Positions 11,932 through 25,760 of a stretch of DNA of 64,000 nt are shown here, piece after piece (positions within the stretch are counted from its first letter, which is position 1; each line of letters starts with the position of its first letter). The notes under the pieces are model-generated. The model did not search any database. It had not been told where the DNA came from and saw only the letters and a list, made by a program, of their open reading frames with translations. A program made the translations under genes and the position numbers. The stretch is from Octopus vulgaris (Eukaryota). The stretch spans positions 78,988,001 to 79,052,000 of the forward strand of contig OX597825.1 of the NCBI GenBank assembly GCA_951406725.2, read 5' to 3'.

Positions 11932-13044
11932 AAGCGTATACAAAGGAAGGATTTCATAACAAAATAACCACTAGCCAAGGTCTATATAATACTGATATTT
12001 AAGATGTAAAAACCAATCAGTATCAAATATATAAATCCAATCAGTACAAAGTTGTACTACATACACACCATATTACCAAAGAGATAAAATAATACAAATT
12101 GTAACTAAGATTTAAATGTAGTTATTTTTGGCTATTCCCGGCAAGTTTGTAATTGTTTTACAAAAATTCTGGAAAGTTTTAATCTGAATCACTAAGAATA
12201 AAGTTTATTGTACAGTAAAGATTTCCCTAGAATATGAATGAATGTCTTATTGAAAGATTATGATTCTCGAAGAATATCACAAAAAAGGGCTTTTCAATAA
12301 CAGGGAAAAACTTCAAGTCAACAATGTACAAGTAAGTAAAATTTGTGGTAGGAATATATGAATGCTTATACCAATGATGAAGTGACAAAATAAAGGAGTA
12401 CAACTGGTATGGAATAGCTAACTCTATGGATAGAGAAGAAATTCAAGTTAAATAATCATAACTGTACATGTACTGAGTTTTAAGATTTTAATGAACATGA
12501 TAATTAGACATCAACTGAAGTCTAAACAGAGCAACAAGCTGACAGTTGGAACTCAATGTACTGAATAGCACCCAGGAAGCTATAGATACACGTTGTTGGA
12601 GTTCTGAGAAAATAATGTCTGAAGTTAATTAATTGGTAACTGTAATAATATTTATTTGTAACTTAGTAAATCTGAAGAAAGCCCTTAACGAAGCTAAACA
12701 ATAAGGAAACCAGTACCGTACCTAGAATTTATAAGAGCAGAATGCAGTGAATTAACAAGATTAATGAAGAGAGGTCTTTTCTTTTTTACTGTAAAAGCCT
12801 CAATGTGGAAATATAGCTCCTAGAATTTAAATATCTGTATATGCAGGAGATCTGTAAGTGTTTATTTAAAACAACAACAGAGTGAGGGCTTCTTGTAGCC
12901 AAATGGAACATTTCACAAACTAACAGAAAAAGAACAGCTTTTGGGTCATCAGTTATGAATTTAGGCCATGATGTGAAATAATAATGAAATACAGCTTGAA
13001 TGGAAAGAGGAACTAGTGCAGGCTAGAATTAGGTTATTGATGAA

Positions 13045-13083
<39 letters not shown>

Positions 13084-13987
13084 ATGACTAAAGAATGACA
13101 GGGCAAAGAAAACAGACTAAACTATTACTATCTTTGTTTTTACTCACTTCATAACAATAATTGCATCATGTTATGAAGCAAACTTTGGTGTACATTTTTA
13201 CAACTAGGTGACCTTTTCTAACATCTAGCACTAGACTGTACAAGCGGATTCAAGCTTCAGTGAAGTAGAATTATAAATGAATGGTATGACAATTGGAGGG
13301 AATCAAGAGAGAGATAAATTAACTGTATGATTTGTAAGAAAAGTATCTTGTATAATTATCAAGTTAGGTAAGAATGAAGAATCTGTGAATCTCTTACTCA
13401 AAGATAAAACTTGAATAAGGAAATATATATTTTCATTTTCATAAACATACATTCCCAAGATGAAGCAAAAAATACTTTACACAATTTTCAGGGGGAAATA
13501 CAATTATGTGGTAAAAAAATTAAATGAATAAATAAAGGTAACATAAAACATGGTACAATAAACATGCAGGAATTCTAAGAACATTAGAAAGGGAACTGGG
13601 GGAAAAAAACTGAAAGCAACATATAGGAGATGGCTTAAAGAATAGTAAAATGCTAATAGATATTAGATAAACACATAAATTGCATGTAAAGTTAGGGCTT
13701 CTTTGGAATTATTATATATATATGTGTGTGTGTTGGAACATTTGTATTCTCTAATTACATTGTCTTAGTATGAAAGATAGAAATGCTTTACAATTCCCAT
13801 GCAAACAGTATAATAGTAAGATGTCCTTTTAGTCAAACATGGAGCTCTCTTTAGAGACAATAAAAATGCTGAAAGCAATACTAAAATCTTTTTTAAGATC
13901 AGTATTACTGTCCATTAAATGTCACTGCCCTCATGATGGTTTCATGTAAAGCTGAAACCTCAGTTATTTACTTGTTTTGCATTTTTA

Positions 13988-14212
13988 CACTTTTGGTATC
14001 AACCAACCCAAGACTGGACCTCTGGTCCTATGACACAAACTCCCCATTTTGAAGTCATATAAACACAATCTTTCCATCAATATTGCGTGCTCATTTCTGC
14101 TTCAAATACCAGATTAATAAGGACAAAGTCATTTTATTAAACTTCTCGTTACTTTAAAAATTAATTGCAACAAAGCGCAGGGCATTTCAACAGAAATATG
14201 GAAACAAAAGGG
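13988..14212. mobile_element. piggyBac-type MITE (degenerate left end)
   Basis: Right end AACAAAAGGG-TTAA; interior similar to 18489-18694. Confidence 0.6.
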
Positions 14213-14513
14213 TTAAACAGTTCCATTTACCCATGGCAACCTATGTAGAACCTTGTTCATTTACTTGATTCTTTCATCACCATACCAGTAAGCATGGTGA
14301 AAGATATGGTTCACTGATGAGGTTATAATAATACCAAAACATGTTCCAGATTGTCTCTGGGACTTGCCAGAAAAATGAAAATAACTATAGTAATTGACTA
14401 GTATTGTTTTTCTTTAGTGTATATTTTTTCTAGTTAACTTTTTAATACTCCCTGTATTAAATAGGCTAATAGGAACTGACTGTTTTTATAAGGTTGTAGC
14501 GCTGAATTATTAA

Positions 14514-14733
14514 CCCTTCTGTTAACCATTTTTCTGTTGATATACATTGTTTTTGTTTGAATTAATTTTGAAAATAATGAAGAATTAAGTAAATAACTTT
14601 GAGATTATTAAGTTGATGTTTGCAACTTAAACTAACAAAATTTTGATGGAAAGTTTTCATTTAGATCATTCTAAAACAGGAAGTTTGTACCAATGAACTA
14701 GGGATGGCTTCAGGCAGATTGGTATCAAAAGGG
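14514..14733. mobile_element. piggyBac-type MITE, same family, opposite orientation
   Basis: TTAA-CCCTTCTGTTAACC ... GGTATCAAAAGGG-TT; interior similar to 18489-18694. Confidence 0.7.
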
Positions 14734-15442
14734 TTTAAACTATTTTATTACAGCAACTTAATACACAGCAAAAAGTTGTGTTTCATCAATGAGGTCAACA
14801 CAAGACAAAAACCATGTCTGGTGTTGTCTCTCCTCACTTCTTGGTTAAGTGAAAATAAGGTTAGTCATTGTCTAACACTGTTGGGTCTTTCCCACCTCAT
14901 TCATTGCAGGTTTTAATCTCTCGTTAATTTTTGAACAGTTAAATATGCATATTGTATTAAATATGCTAACACTAACTTATTAGGAACTGTGCTACATTCC
15001 TTTCCTATACAGAGCTGCTAGAGAGAATACAAATGTGGAATTGGTGAGCAGATTCTCTCATTTGTTCAACCAAACATGTACTCTAATTTTACAGACACAG
15101 AAAATTTTGTGTGTGTGTGTGTGTATGAAGGAGGGGAGTTTTCAGCTGGTAAGATTATGTATGAAACCAATGACATTTGTGTAGAAAGAATTTGATGTGT
15201 TCAGTTCAGAACTTACACAACATCAGGAAATCTTTAAGGGGATATCTGATATTTATCTAAGAGAGCAAACATACAAACACATTTAGCTGAATATTTCGAC
15301 AATGAAAATGATACCACTTTTCAGTATTTAATGTAGCTAAGCATAACCTTGAACTTCTATCATGATAAGTAATTTGAATAATAAAGATGATGATAATGAT
15401 GATGGGTTTTTGATCTAAGCACAAGGCCACAAATTTTCAGGG

Positions 15443-15497
<55 letters not shown>

Positions 15498-15921
15498 TAA
15501 TAATGATAAAAAAAAATAATAATAATGGTTTCAAATTTTGGCACAAGTAACAATTCTGCCAGCTTGCTGCCTTATCCAATAATAATAACAGTTTCTAACA
15601 TAGGGGACCATTTAGCTTAATGGTGGAACACTCAGCCAGTTCAACTCTCATAGCTGCCTGCAGGCAGCTTTTTTTTAAAGGAGCAGGCATGGTTGAGTGG
15701 TAAGAAGTTTGCTTCCCAACCACATGGTTCCAGGTTCAGTCCCATTGCATGGCACTTTGGGCAAGTGTTTTCTACTATAGCCTTGGAATGCCCAAAGCCT
15801 TGTGAGTGGATTTGGTAGATGGGGGGGGGGGGGCAGCAGTTATTCAACTAAAACCCTTCAAGACAGTGCCCCAGTATGGCTGCAGTCAAATGACTGAAAC
15901 CAGTAAATGATAAAAGAAAAT

Positions 15922-16455
15922 TAGGTACAAACCCTGAAATTTGTGGGAGGGGGTTAGATGATACCATTACCACAATACTTGACGGGTATTTGAGTTTTAG
16001 AGAATAATAATACTTTCTACTATAGGAACCAGGCCTGAAATTTGAGGGAGAGGGGGATAGTCAATTACATGAACCCCAGTATTCAACTGGTACTTAATTT
16101 ATCAACCCCAAAAGGATAAAAGGCAAAGTTGACCTCAGTGGAATTTGAACTCAGAACTTAGCAACAGATGAAATACTGCTAACCATTTCGCCCAACATGC
16201 TAACGATTCTGTCAGCTCACCACCTTGATAATAATAATAATTCTTTCTACTTTAGGCACAAGGCCTGAAATTTGTGGGGAGGGGACGAGCTGATTACATC
16301 GACCCCAGTGTTTCACTGGTACTTAATTTATCAACCCTGAAAGGATGATAGGCAAAGTCGACCCTGGTGGAATTTGAACTCAGAATGTGGTGATGGGCGA
16401 AATACCACTAAACATTTCATCCAGCAATGCTAATGATTCTGCCAGCTCGCCACCT
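15922..16455 (-). mobile_element. Tandem copies of the same SINE family
   Basis: Two full units and one partial unit with AAT spacers. Confidence 0.85.
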
Positions 16456-16492
16456 TAATCATTATAATAACAATTTTTTAAGACTGAAACCT

Positions 16493-16848
16493 TGTATGTG
16501 TGGTAAGAAGCTTGCTTTCCAATCTCGTGGTTCCAGTTTCACTCCCACTGCATGGCACCTTGGGCAAGTGGCTTCTACTATAGCCTCGGGCCGATCAAAG
16601 CCTTGTGAGTGGTTTTGGTAGGTGGAAACTGAAAGAAGCCATTGTGTGTGTGTGTTCCCCTGACAACCAGTGTTGATGTGTTCACATCTCTGTAACTTAG
16701 CAGTTTAGCAAGAGACCAATAGAATAAGTGGTAGGCTTCAAAAAAAAAAAAAAAAACCAATGAGGTATATTTATTGGACTAAAATTCTTCAAAGAAGTGC
16801 CCCAGCATGGCCATAGTCTAATGACTGAAACAAGTAAAAGATAAAAGA
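16493..16848 (+). mobile_element. CORE-like tRNA SINE (representative; other copies near 7410, 15685, 22230, 24360, 25645, 49600, 54455, 57495)
   Basis: tgtggtaagaag..ttccaggttcagtccc head, ccttgggcaagt core, tgactgaaacaagtaaaagataaaag tail. Confidence 0.85.
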
Positions 16849-17401
16849 TGCACACACACACAAACGGAGATATGTATTACTCTTTCAACTTATTAATAAA
16901 AAAATTTATAATATTTAAATTATATGATTAGGCGTTAGGAAGGGCATCCAGCCGTAGAAACACTGCCAGATCTGACTGGGCCTGATGCAGCCTTCCAGCT
17001 TCACAGACCCCAGTTGAACCGTCCAACCCATGCTAGCATGGAAAACGGACGCTAAATGATGATGATGATTGTTCAAGGTTATGCAAAGCTTTTATACATT
17101 TTAAAGAACCAAAATGAAAAATATTTTCTTAAGCAATTTCTCAGAAAATATTGGAAAGACGCAACACAATATCAGAAATTTATTACAGATTAATTTAAAG
17201 TAAAACTTTCAATTGGGAAGAGTATGTCTGTATGTTTGCATAATCTGACTATTTAGTTGAGGTCATCCAAATCTAATTCTATAGGAACTTGCAGTCTATC
17301 ACTAAGTTAGACTTCACAACCAGCCCACCACACACACACACATACGCACAGGCACACACATACACACAAATATACGAGAATAAAAATGGGAGGTGTCTTA
17401 C

Positions 17402-17711
17402 AGGTGGAGAAAGTGGCAATCTCATTTGGTTGACATTTGTTAGTACCAACGGACTTGGACTTGACTGTAGGTTCCGTCGAGCTGACACAGACTGCTGGGG
17501 CGGTGATACTTGAGTAGGAGACATGTTCATATTTGGAGACAGATTTATATTACTGCCAGTTGTGACGGATGAAGCAAAGTTCTGCTCTTCTTCATCAAGT
17601 GGTGTCACTAATGGTGAAGGAAACTGAAGTACTGATAAGTCAGGCAATGATCCAGCATGATTGGAAATTGGGATGTGCACACCAGAGTCCTGTTCTTGTG
17701 ATGGGTAGATG
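17402..17711 (-). CDS. CRTC1: CRTC coding exon carrying the GSLPDL second phospho-site
   Basis: 310 nt, ctgtttcag| ... CCT|gtaaga. Reads IYPSQEQDSGVHIPISNHAGSLPDLSVLQFPSPLVTPLDEEE...PLSPP, matching CRTC GGSLPDLTNxHFPSPLPTPLDPEE. Confidence 0.95.
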
Positions 17712-18488
17712 CTGAAACAGGGAGAAAGAGACAGGTTTATTTCTAGCCGCAGATCACTAAAACAACACTAGACAAAGAGTAAATACAATTACTGACATTG
17801 GACAAAGAGAAAACATAATAAAAATAGACAAATAATTAAACATAATTAACACAAATAATAATAGATCTTTCATCAGTTTTGACAACAAGCATTCAGTTGT
17901 TTAATCAACTGAACTACCTCCTCATTAAATTAACATGTAAGTGGCTGAGTATTCCACAGACATGTATATCCTAAGATCAAATTAGCATGAAAAGCCAAAC
18001 CTTTAAATTACAGGTATAATCCATCTGATAGGCTTCTACACAGTTTCCATGCATTGAGTTACAGTCACAGAAGTTTTGGCTAATCTGAGGTCATGTATAA
18101 TAATAAAAAAACACTTGCCTAAGATGAGATATCCTACAGGGAGGGTGGACCTAGGACCTTATGACAGTAAAGTGAAATTTTTAACCACTCAGTTATGCAT
18201 CAACATTAATAATTCTTTCTACTATAGACACAAGGTCTGAAATTGGTGGGAGGGGCCAGTCAATTACATCAACCCCAATATTTAACTGGTTCTTATTCAT
18301 CATCTCTTCATCTCTGAAAGGATGAATGGTAAAGCTGACCATGGCAGAATTTGAACTCAGAACATAAAGATTTACAAAATGATGCCAACAATTAGCAACA
18401 ACAGGCAAAAAGTAAACAAAGCTTAATCTTTTCAATACCAACCCACCTCAGAAAGCCCCTTGGTTCTACAATAAAGATTTTTTTTTAA

Positions 18489-18694
18489 CCCTTTCGATAC
18501 CAACCCAGCTCTCTAGTACAAATGTCTTGTTTTCATAAGTTTTGAATTAAAATCTTCCACCAAACCTTAGTCGCAATTTATGTTCTTAACACTAACTTAA
18601 TGATAACAAAGTTATTTTACTAAATCCTTTGTTATATTTAAAAGTAATTGAAAGAAACACAGAGCATCTCAAAATAAATGCGGTAACAAAAGGG
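18489..18694. mobile_element. piggyBac-type MITE
   Basis: TTAA-CCCTTTCGATACC ... GGTAACAAAAGGG-TTAA. Confidence 0.8.
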
Positions 18695-19700
18695 TTAAGT
18701 GAACTATGTTAGTTGCTTTAAAAGACACTGTTCGATCGTGATCATTACCAGCATCACCTTACTGGCACCTGTGCCGGTGGCATGTGTAAAAGATTCGAGT
18801 GAGGTCATTGCTAGTACCGCCTGACTGGCACGTAAAAGCACCCACTACACTCTCGGAGTGGTTGGCGTTAGAAAGGGCTTCCAGCTGTAGAAACTCCGCC
18901 AGATCAAGATTGAAGCCTGGTGCAGCCATCTGGTTTGCCAGCCCTCAGTCAATCGTCCAACCCATGCTAGCATGGAAAGCGGACATTAAACGATGATGAT
19001 GATGATGATGATGATGTGTTTTCCTCCAATGCCTGGTATAACAGTATCATTAGTGCTAAATGGCAGAATAGATTCATTGGTAAGAAACAATTACAGATGT
19101 CTCATACAGACAGTAGCTGAGAGAGTCTCAACAAAGTTAGTACAGGGAAAAAATGGATAGGATTCAGTTTGGGTCGACACCACAATGAAGAACCAAAACT
19201 GTCAAATTTTGAATGAGACAAGTACATAAGTTCTTTAAAAAAACCCATTCCTCAATACAGTTGTCAATCTGAGGGGAGCTATGATTGGGCCCCATATTTT
19301 GCAGTCTGGTGGATGCTAAGGAAGCTATGAATGAATGGAAGCTTTGTACAAAAAAGCAGAAAGCAAGGTTAAGACTGGAGTCAGTTCAGGTAAAAATCAG
19401 GCAGTCTCCAGGCAGCCTATTTTCAACTTGATATAGAGGTGTGTATGTTCATATCGATATCATCGTTTTAGTATCTACATTTCCATGCCTGTATGAGTCA
19501 GATGAACTTCATTTCTACACCTAGATGCTCTTGATGCCAACCCTCACCTGTTTCCAAGCAAAGTAATATTTTCCCCTAATCCTTCAAACACAAACAGCAC
19601 AATGGCTGGACATATTTCGATGGAGGATTGCAATTTGTATAACCATGACATTTGTCTACAATTAGCATGAAATTACTATGAATATTGAAAGTAGACTTAC

Positions 19701-19744
19701 TTGATGTTGGGAACTTCACAGGATTTGGGCCGGACTTGACCAAG
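19701..19744 (-). CDS. CRTC1: CRTC coding exon (RPKSCEVP; start of PxIxIT-like calcineurin-docking motif)
   Basis: 44 nt, ttttctattttag| ... |gtaagt. Reads LGQVRPKSCEVPNI(N), matching CRTC1 RPKSCEVPGINIFP. Confidence 0.95.
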
Positions 19745-20469
19745 CTAAAATAGAAAATAATATGAGCATTTAATTCATGATGATAAAAAGGAATTTTAAT
19801 TAAAACAACATCAATAATAGCTAAAATGTTCTAAATACCTCATGACTGGTTAGTTAACTATTTGACCTCAGAACTAAGATGTGTTAGTAACATTGATCAG
19901 TTTTACAGAATGGAGTGAAGTCAGCAGTTAATCAATAGTTAAAAGAACGGTTTCAAAGATAAGAAATGTAGTGACAGTAGTGGTGAAATTATTTAAGCTC
20001 TAACTCAGACCTATAATCACAAGCCTTCATCCAGCTGTGATCATGCCCTCCTTTACGTAGACGTAATATTTTATGCCATATGTCCTGCCTTTTTTAAGGC
20101 AGTAGGATGTTATCTGCGAGAGATCTGGCTGTAATCTCTAACCTGATGAATAGTCACACAAAGGCTCCCTACTTGACTTGTGTTGGTGTACATGATGAAA
20201 GTGGTAGTGAATAAGAAATTAAAAAAAAATAAACTGGTGGTTGTACAGATGGTGTAAGTGATGAAGTTGTTGGTGTTATTGTTGTTGTTGTTTAGCCCCA
20301 GGTCAACCCTAACTGGACAGATCTATGATTAAAGGTATACCATCTTTTTGTACATCTATAACCACTGAAAAGTTTAAAGGAAATTGCTCAATCATCTCAT
20401 AAATGCTAATTTCATCAAACAAAAAACAATAATCAGAAATAAGAAAAGATAAATACACAAAACAACTAC

Positions 20470-20531
20470 CTTTTTAGGGTCCCAGTACTTCATGTTATCT
20501 TGAACTGAATTTTCCTCAGCTACTTGAAGAA
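20470..20531 (-). CDS. CRTC1: CRTC coding exon
   Basis: 62 nt, tttttcag| ... AAG|gtagtt. Reads VLQVAEENSVQDNMKYWDPKK, matching vertebrate CRTC1 WDTKK. Phase 1 in, phase 0 out, consistent with its neighbours. Confidence 0.92.
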
Positions 20532-20917
20532 CTGAAAAATCCAATTCAATAAATGTGAAAAAAAATGTGGAAAAAATAAGAATATTTAATTATCAATGTC
20601 TGTAGACATATTTAGTATAAATCATTCAAAATGCAAGAAATTCTCTTTCAAGATGTTAAGAAACAGGAAAGAGGTAGTGAACCAGTCCTACCAAGTACTA
20701 CGCCATGTAATAGGTAGTTTGCAAGACAACAAACCCAGAGAGGGAGGATGCTGCATCGGTTTGTTAGATGGAGCTCCATAGGTTAAGGTATGAGAAAAGA
20801 GATTGTGGTAGAGCAGGTTCTTGTTGTAGAGGGGCTACATGGCTACTCACACTTAGGAGAAAGAGTGAGGATGAATTAGAGGTATCTCTAAGGAAATAGA
20901 TAGGGGTGATGAGATGT

Positions 20918-21093
20918 CCATCATCATCATCATTGTTCGACCGTGGTCGAGACAATGGAATTTACCATGCTACGCCAGACTTCACGGTCCATCATGGCAT
21001 TACGGAGGTCCTGTTGATGGATGCCTGTATCCCTGGAGATTACATCAGGGTAGGAGAGTGTGTGCCCTCTGAGATGTCCAGGTGGAACTTCAG
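20918..21093 (-). mobile_element. RTE-like LINE 3' end with (TGA)n tail
   Basis: RGHTLSYPDVISRDTG...AMMDREVWRSMV...* followed by tgatgatga. Confidence 0.7.
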
Positions 21094-21563
21094 GTAGCAG
21101 AAGCAGTTGTGGGTAAGGGAAATGGGGGTTTGGAAGAGTGTATGGGGGGAGGGGAAATGGGACAGGGAAGTAGATAACATTTGTAAAGATTGTGGAAGGG
21201 TTGAGGGGAGGGGTGTATGAGTTGAGGATATATATAAAGGCATCTAGCCATAGAAGCCATGCCAAATTAAACTGGAGCCAGGCACAGCTCTTTGCTTTGC
21301 CAGCTCTGGTCAAACTGCCCAACTCATACCAGCATGGACAATGGACATTAAATGATGATGATGATGATGTATTGGAACAAGCTGCCAGACGAGATGGTGA
21401 AGATGCCGACGACCGCTTTGTTCAAAGCCTCCCTGGACCTCAAGTGGCCTGGACTCTTTACATGAACACCACCCTGTACTTAACTCCATGTCCCCCTACA
21501 TGGCCTTGCTATTTGCTTTTGAGCCAAATTAACTAACTAACTAACTAACTAACACATATATAA

Positions 21564-21595
<32 letters not shown>

Positions 21596-22172
21596 TTTTT
21601 TTTTGGGGGGGGGGCTGTCTGCTCCTTGCAGGGCTTGACCTGCAATTATAAATTGTTCTTTCCTAGCATCATGACATCTTAAATGACTTTTGAGCCCTGA
21701 AAGGGGCTTGAAGGGCTGATCACATATATACTGCAGCAATGTCTCATTTTAGCATTGGCTCCATTTCCCACATTTTTCTCTTATGAACGTTCAAGTGTCA
21801 CGTCAACCCTCCACATGTGCTGCAGGTTTTCCGACAGACATTGCATTAAAACTGGTCATCTAGAATAAGATTCCAATAGCTCATGTATGCCTTACCCACA
21901 TGGGTACGCTGGTGCAATCTCATATCAGTGTGAGATACACATAATTTTATGTACAAAGAACGTTTAAAAAAAAGCAACAAGAAACTCTCGCAACACTATT
22001 AGTCTGGTTTTTATGAATTTTTACTTTATTTTAACATGTTTACTCTGTTAAGCTCAAAATCTTTAACACTGCTCCAAATCATAACTTTCCATACTTTCCT
22101 ATCAGCTGCAATTGATTCAAGACTTTTGTAACATAATTTAAGGCATCTGATTTAAAGGGCCATTCTATCTTT

Positions 22173-22212
<40 letters not shown>

Positions 22213-22364
22213 GTATTATATATATAGGTGCAGGCTTGCTTCCCAACCACATGGTTTTAAGTTCATTCCTAATGCATGACACCTTGAGCAAGTATCTTCT
22301 ACTACAGCCTCAGGCCAACCAAAGCCTTGTGGTAAATGGAAACTAACTGAAAGAAGCCCATCAA

Positions 22365-22397
<33 letters not shown>

Positions 22398-23018
22398 CAT
22401 ATCTGTGTGTGTCTTTGTTTCCCACTATTGCTTAACAACCAATGTTGGTATGTTAACATCCCCATAACTTACTGACTTGGCAAAAGAGAACAATAGAATA
22501 AATGTCAGGCTTAAACATAAAGTAATGGGATTAATTCAACTAAAAATGCTATAAGACAGTGCCCCAGCATGGCCACAGTCTAATGACTGAAACAGGTAAA
22601 AGATAATGGCACAGGCATAGCTGTATGGTCAAGACATTCATTTCCCCAACCATGCAGTTTTGGGTTCTGCTCCACCGTATGAAACTTTTGGCAACTGTCT
22701 GGCAACTGTCTTCTGCAATAGCCACAGGCCAACAAAAAGCCTTGTGAGTGGGTTTGGGAGATGGAAATTTAAAGTGTAAATGCATGCATGTATGTGCATC
22801 TGTGTATTTACACTGACAACTACTCCTATGAATGTGTGGTAGGTGTTGTTAGTCTAATCACTCCATGCCTTTGAAGTCATGTGGAATAAAAGATCTCTTA
22901 TTTGAAAGGCCGGTAAGGGTTAGCATCAAGAAAGTCATTTAGCTATACATAACATTTTTGTACAAGCATGAAAAAAAAAACCCCAGCAAATGAATAAGAA
23001 TATAAAAAGAAGACTTAC

Positions 23019-23110
23019 CTCTTTTATGAGTGGGAGGTGTGTTGGAAGTCAATATATTGTCTACTTGTTGCACCATTGTACTTGTATGTAATGCCGAATC
23101 TGAGTTGGTT
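23019..23110 (-). CDS. CRTC1: CRTC/TORC coding exon carrying the main SIK/AMPK-14-3-3 site
   Basis: 92 nt, acceptor ttttttgtag|, donor AG|gtaagt. Reads (R)TNSDSALHTSTMVQQVDNILTSNTPPTHKR. RTNSDSALH is the CRTC hallmark (CRTC1 S151/CRTC2 S171). Phase 2 in, phase 1 out. Confidence 0.95.
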
Positions 23111-25728
23111 CTACAAAAAAGAGTTTACGGTTAGTGAATTGTTACCAGAAAAATGTGTGTTTATGTGTATGCTTTTAAGTGAGATGGAGGACAAATAAGG
23201 ATTCAATATTTATCAAAAGAAAAAAAAAACATAAGCAAATCACAGCTGAAAGATAAGAAGGTTTAAGTCAAGATTTTAATTAGAATAGATTCCTGGAAGG
23301 TTTTAAATTGCTTTCAGTTTTCAGGATTAAAACAGATACATCAAACAAAAAAAAAAAAAGAAATTGATCTAAGAAACAAATTCTACACAAAATGTTTTAT
23401 ATAATCCAAAATTCTAGGAAGGGCAAATATGTACGTCTGTTTTAAGATATCAATCATCAAGAGATAATAGACAATTTTGGCATAACAAATAAAGTGAAAT
23501 AACATTAAATTATCATATTTTGAAAGCTGGAAGAAAAACAAAAAAAAAAGAGAAATTATTTTTATTTTAATTTAATAATGAATACTCTATTGATTGAAAC
23601 TAAAATGGTATTTAACTAATTTACCCTAACTTTCCTATTATTGTAAATTAATAGCATCTCTGTTATTCACTTTCTCTCTGAAATTTCAGCATCCATCAAA
23701 TATAAATCATTAGTTAAAAAAATACAACAAATACTTTTATTATAGATCTTTAACTTTGCCATATGTAAAATTTTAAAAATTTAAACTGGGGAAAAATATG
23801 CATTAAAATAGAACAAGAGTTGTTGTTAAGTTTCAAATGAAAGAATGAAAATTCTCCATCATTAATCCAATGACAACAACTCATTTCTGTTATAAACAAA
23901 TCTCTAAACCAAATAAGAAAAATCTCCCCTTTTATATTCTTTGATTATCATCAAGTAACTAAACCACAATTGCAACAACTAAAATGAGGATTTTTAATAT
24001 TGTCACAACAAAAAAATTTTCTACACTATTTATTTTGAAAATGTTTTAAAATTCTAACAGAAAAGTAGTTCCACTAATTGATTCATAGTCTATCATCGTC
24101 ATTGTTTTAAGGCCCACTTTTTCATACTAACATGAATCAGATGGAATTCACTGAGACAGATTTTCTATTGCTCGATGCCTTGCTGTCAACTCCCACCTGT
24201 TTCCAAGTAAGGTAATATTTCCCACTGGCCAGACAGGTTTTCGTGAACAAGTGGAAATGAAGGGCACCTTTTGTATGACAGTGATGCTCAGTTACAACTA
24301 CCATACAATGTCAAGAGAAGGAGACACCAACACTCACACACATACACATATCCATATATGAAGGGCTTCTAGTTTCCTTCAACTAAATCCACTTGCAAAG
24401 CTTCGGTTGGCCTGGATCTATAAGAGGAGACACTTGCCCAAAGTGCCATACAATAGGACCGAAACCTAAACCACATGGCTCAGAGCAAACCACTCAACCA
24501 CACAGCCATACCCATACCTACACCTATCTGTTCCCTCTAGTAATACAACTCACACAACCTTTATAAATCCTATGAACAAACACAATAATAATAACTTACA
24601 TATAGTTAAGCACAAATTAATCAGGGCATTTTGCTAAAAGCTTTAACTGAAACTAGCACACATGTTTTGCATATTCTCATATAATAATGAACTGGTCTAA
24701 TCAGTTACCTTTACACTCTAAATTAACTATCAATCAAGTGAAATTATTTCAATACAAAACTATCCATAAGAATATGCTAAAGTCCCACGTTAGTTACAGA
24801 TACTGAAAGCCTGTGTTGTAAATAAATTTTTGAGAGCTGAATTATTGTCCAAGGCCATTTATGTTGCTGTTCTTGTTATTTAAACTGAGGTCAGTTTGTG
24901 ATCATTCTACATTTTACTCAAGGAGGGTATAGTTAGAACTAAATTATTGAAAGCATCTTTCTTAATTGTGGTTTAGCCTCAGGTCAACCTTGATCAAGTA
25001 AACCAATGATCAGAGTCATTCCAATCATGATCATCCATATTTCTGTTGGCACAGGCGTGGATGTGTGGCACCTGGAGCCCAAGGTTACAGCGACATAAAC
25101 AAACCAGTGCCAGTCGTCAAGCAGTAGTGGGGACAAACACAAACACTCACACAATGGGCCTCTACACAATCAAATTTACTCACAAGGGCTATAGCAGAAG
25201 AACTTGCCCAAGGTGCTGTAAAGTGGGACTGAACCTGAAACCACGTGGTTGTAAAGTGAGGTTCTTAACCACACAGTAATGCCAGTGCCTACATCACAAT
25301 AATTTTTAGGGCTTAGTTAAAGGAGGTAGGGCAGTGCTACTCACCTTTAATGTACTGTCTCCAAGTGAGAAAAAAATGGAAGGTATGCACAGACAGCAGA
25401 CCTTAACCAAACACTCTCAACAGAATGAACTTCACACAAAAAAAACCAGGTGATGGTATTAAATGGCAAGACAAATTGTTATCCAAAACAGGTGTAATTC
25501 ATTCAACGGTTTGAATGGTTTCTATCTACCAAATTTCATGCTTATGACTTTGGTTTACTTACTTGATCTAGAACAAAACTTCTACAATGCACTCCTTGAG
25601 AGATACAAAGAAAATTGAAGTTAAAGGAGGTAGGGCAATAAATCTTTTACTTGCTTCAGTTATTTGACTGCAGCCATGCTGGAGCACTGCTTTGAAGGGT
25701 TTTTAGTCAAACAAATTGATCTCAGAAC

Positions 25729-25760
<32 letters not shown>

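Noticed and set aside
12000-13000. Possible decayed retroelement coding sequence (also 44400-44830 and 53200-54000)
   Set aside because: No motif recoverable with enough confidence to name a family.
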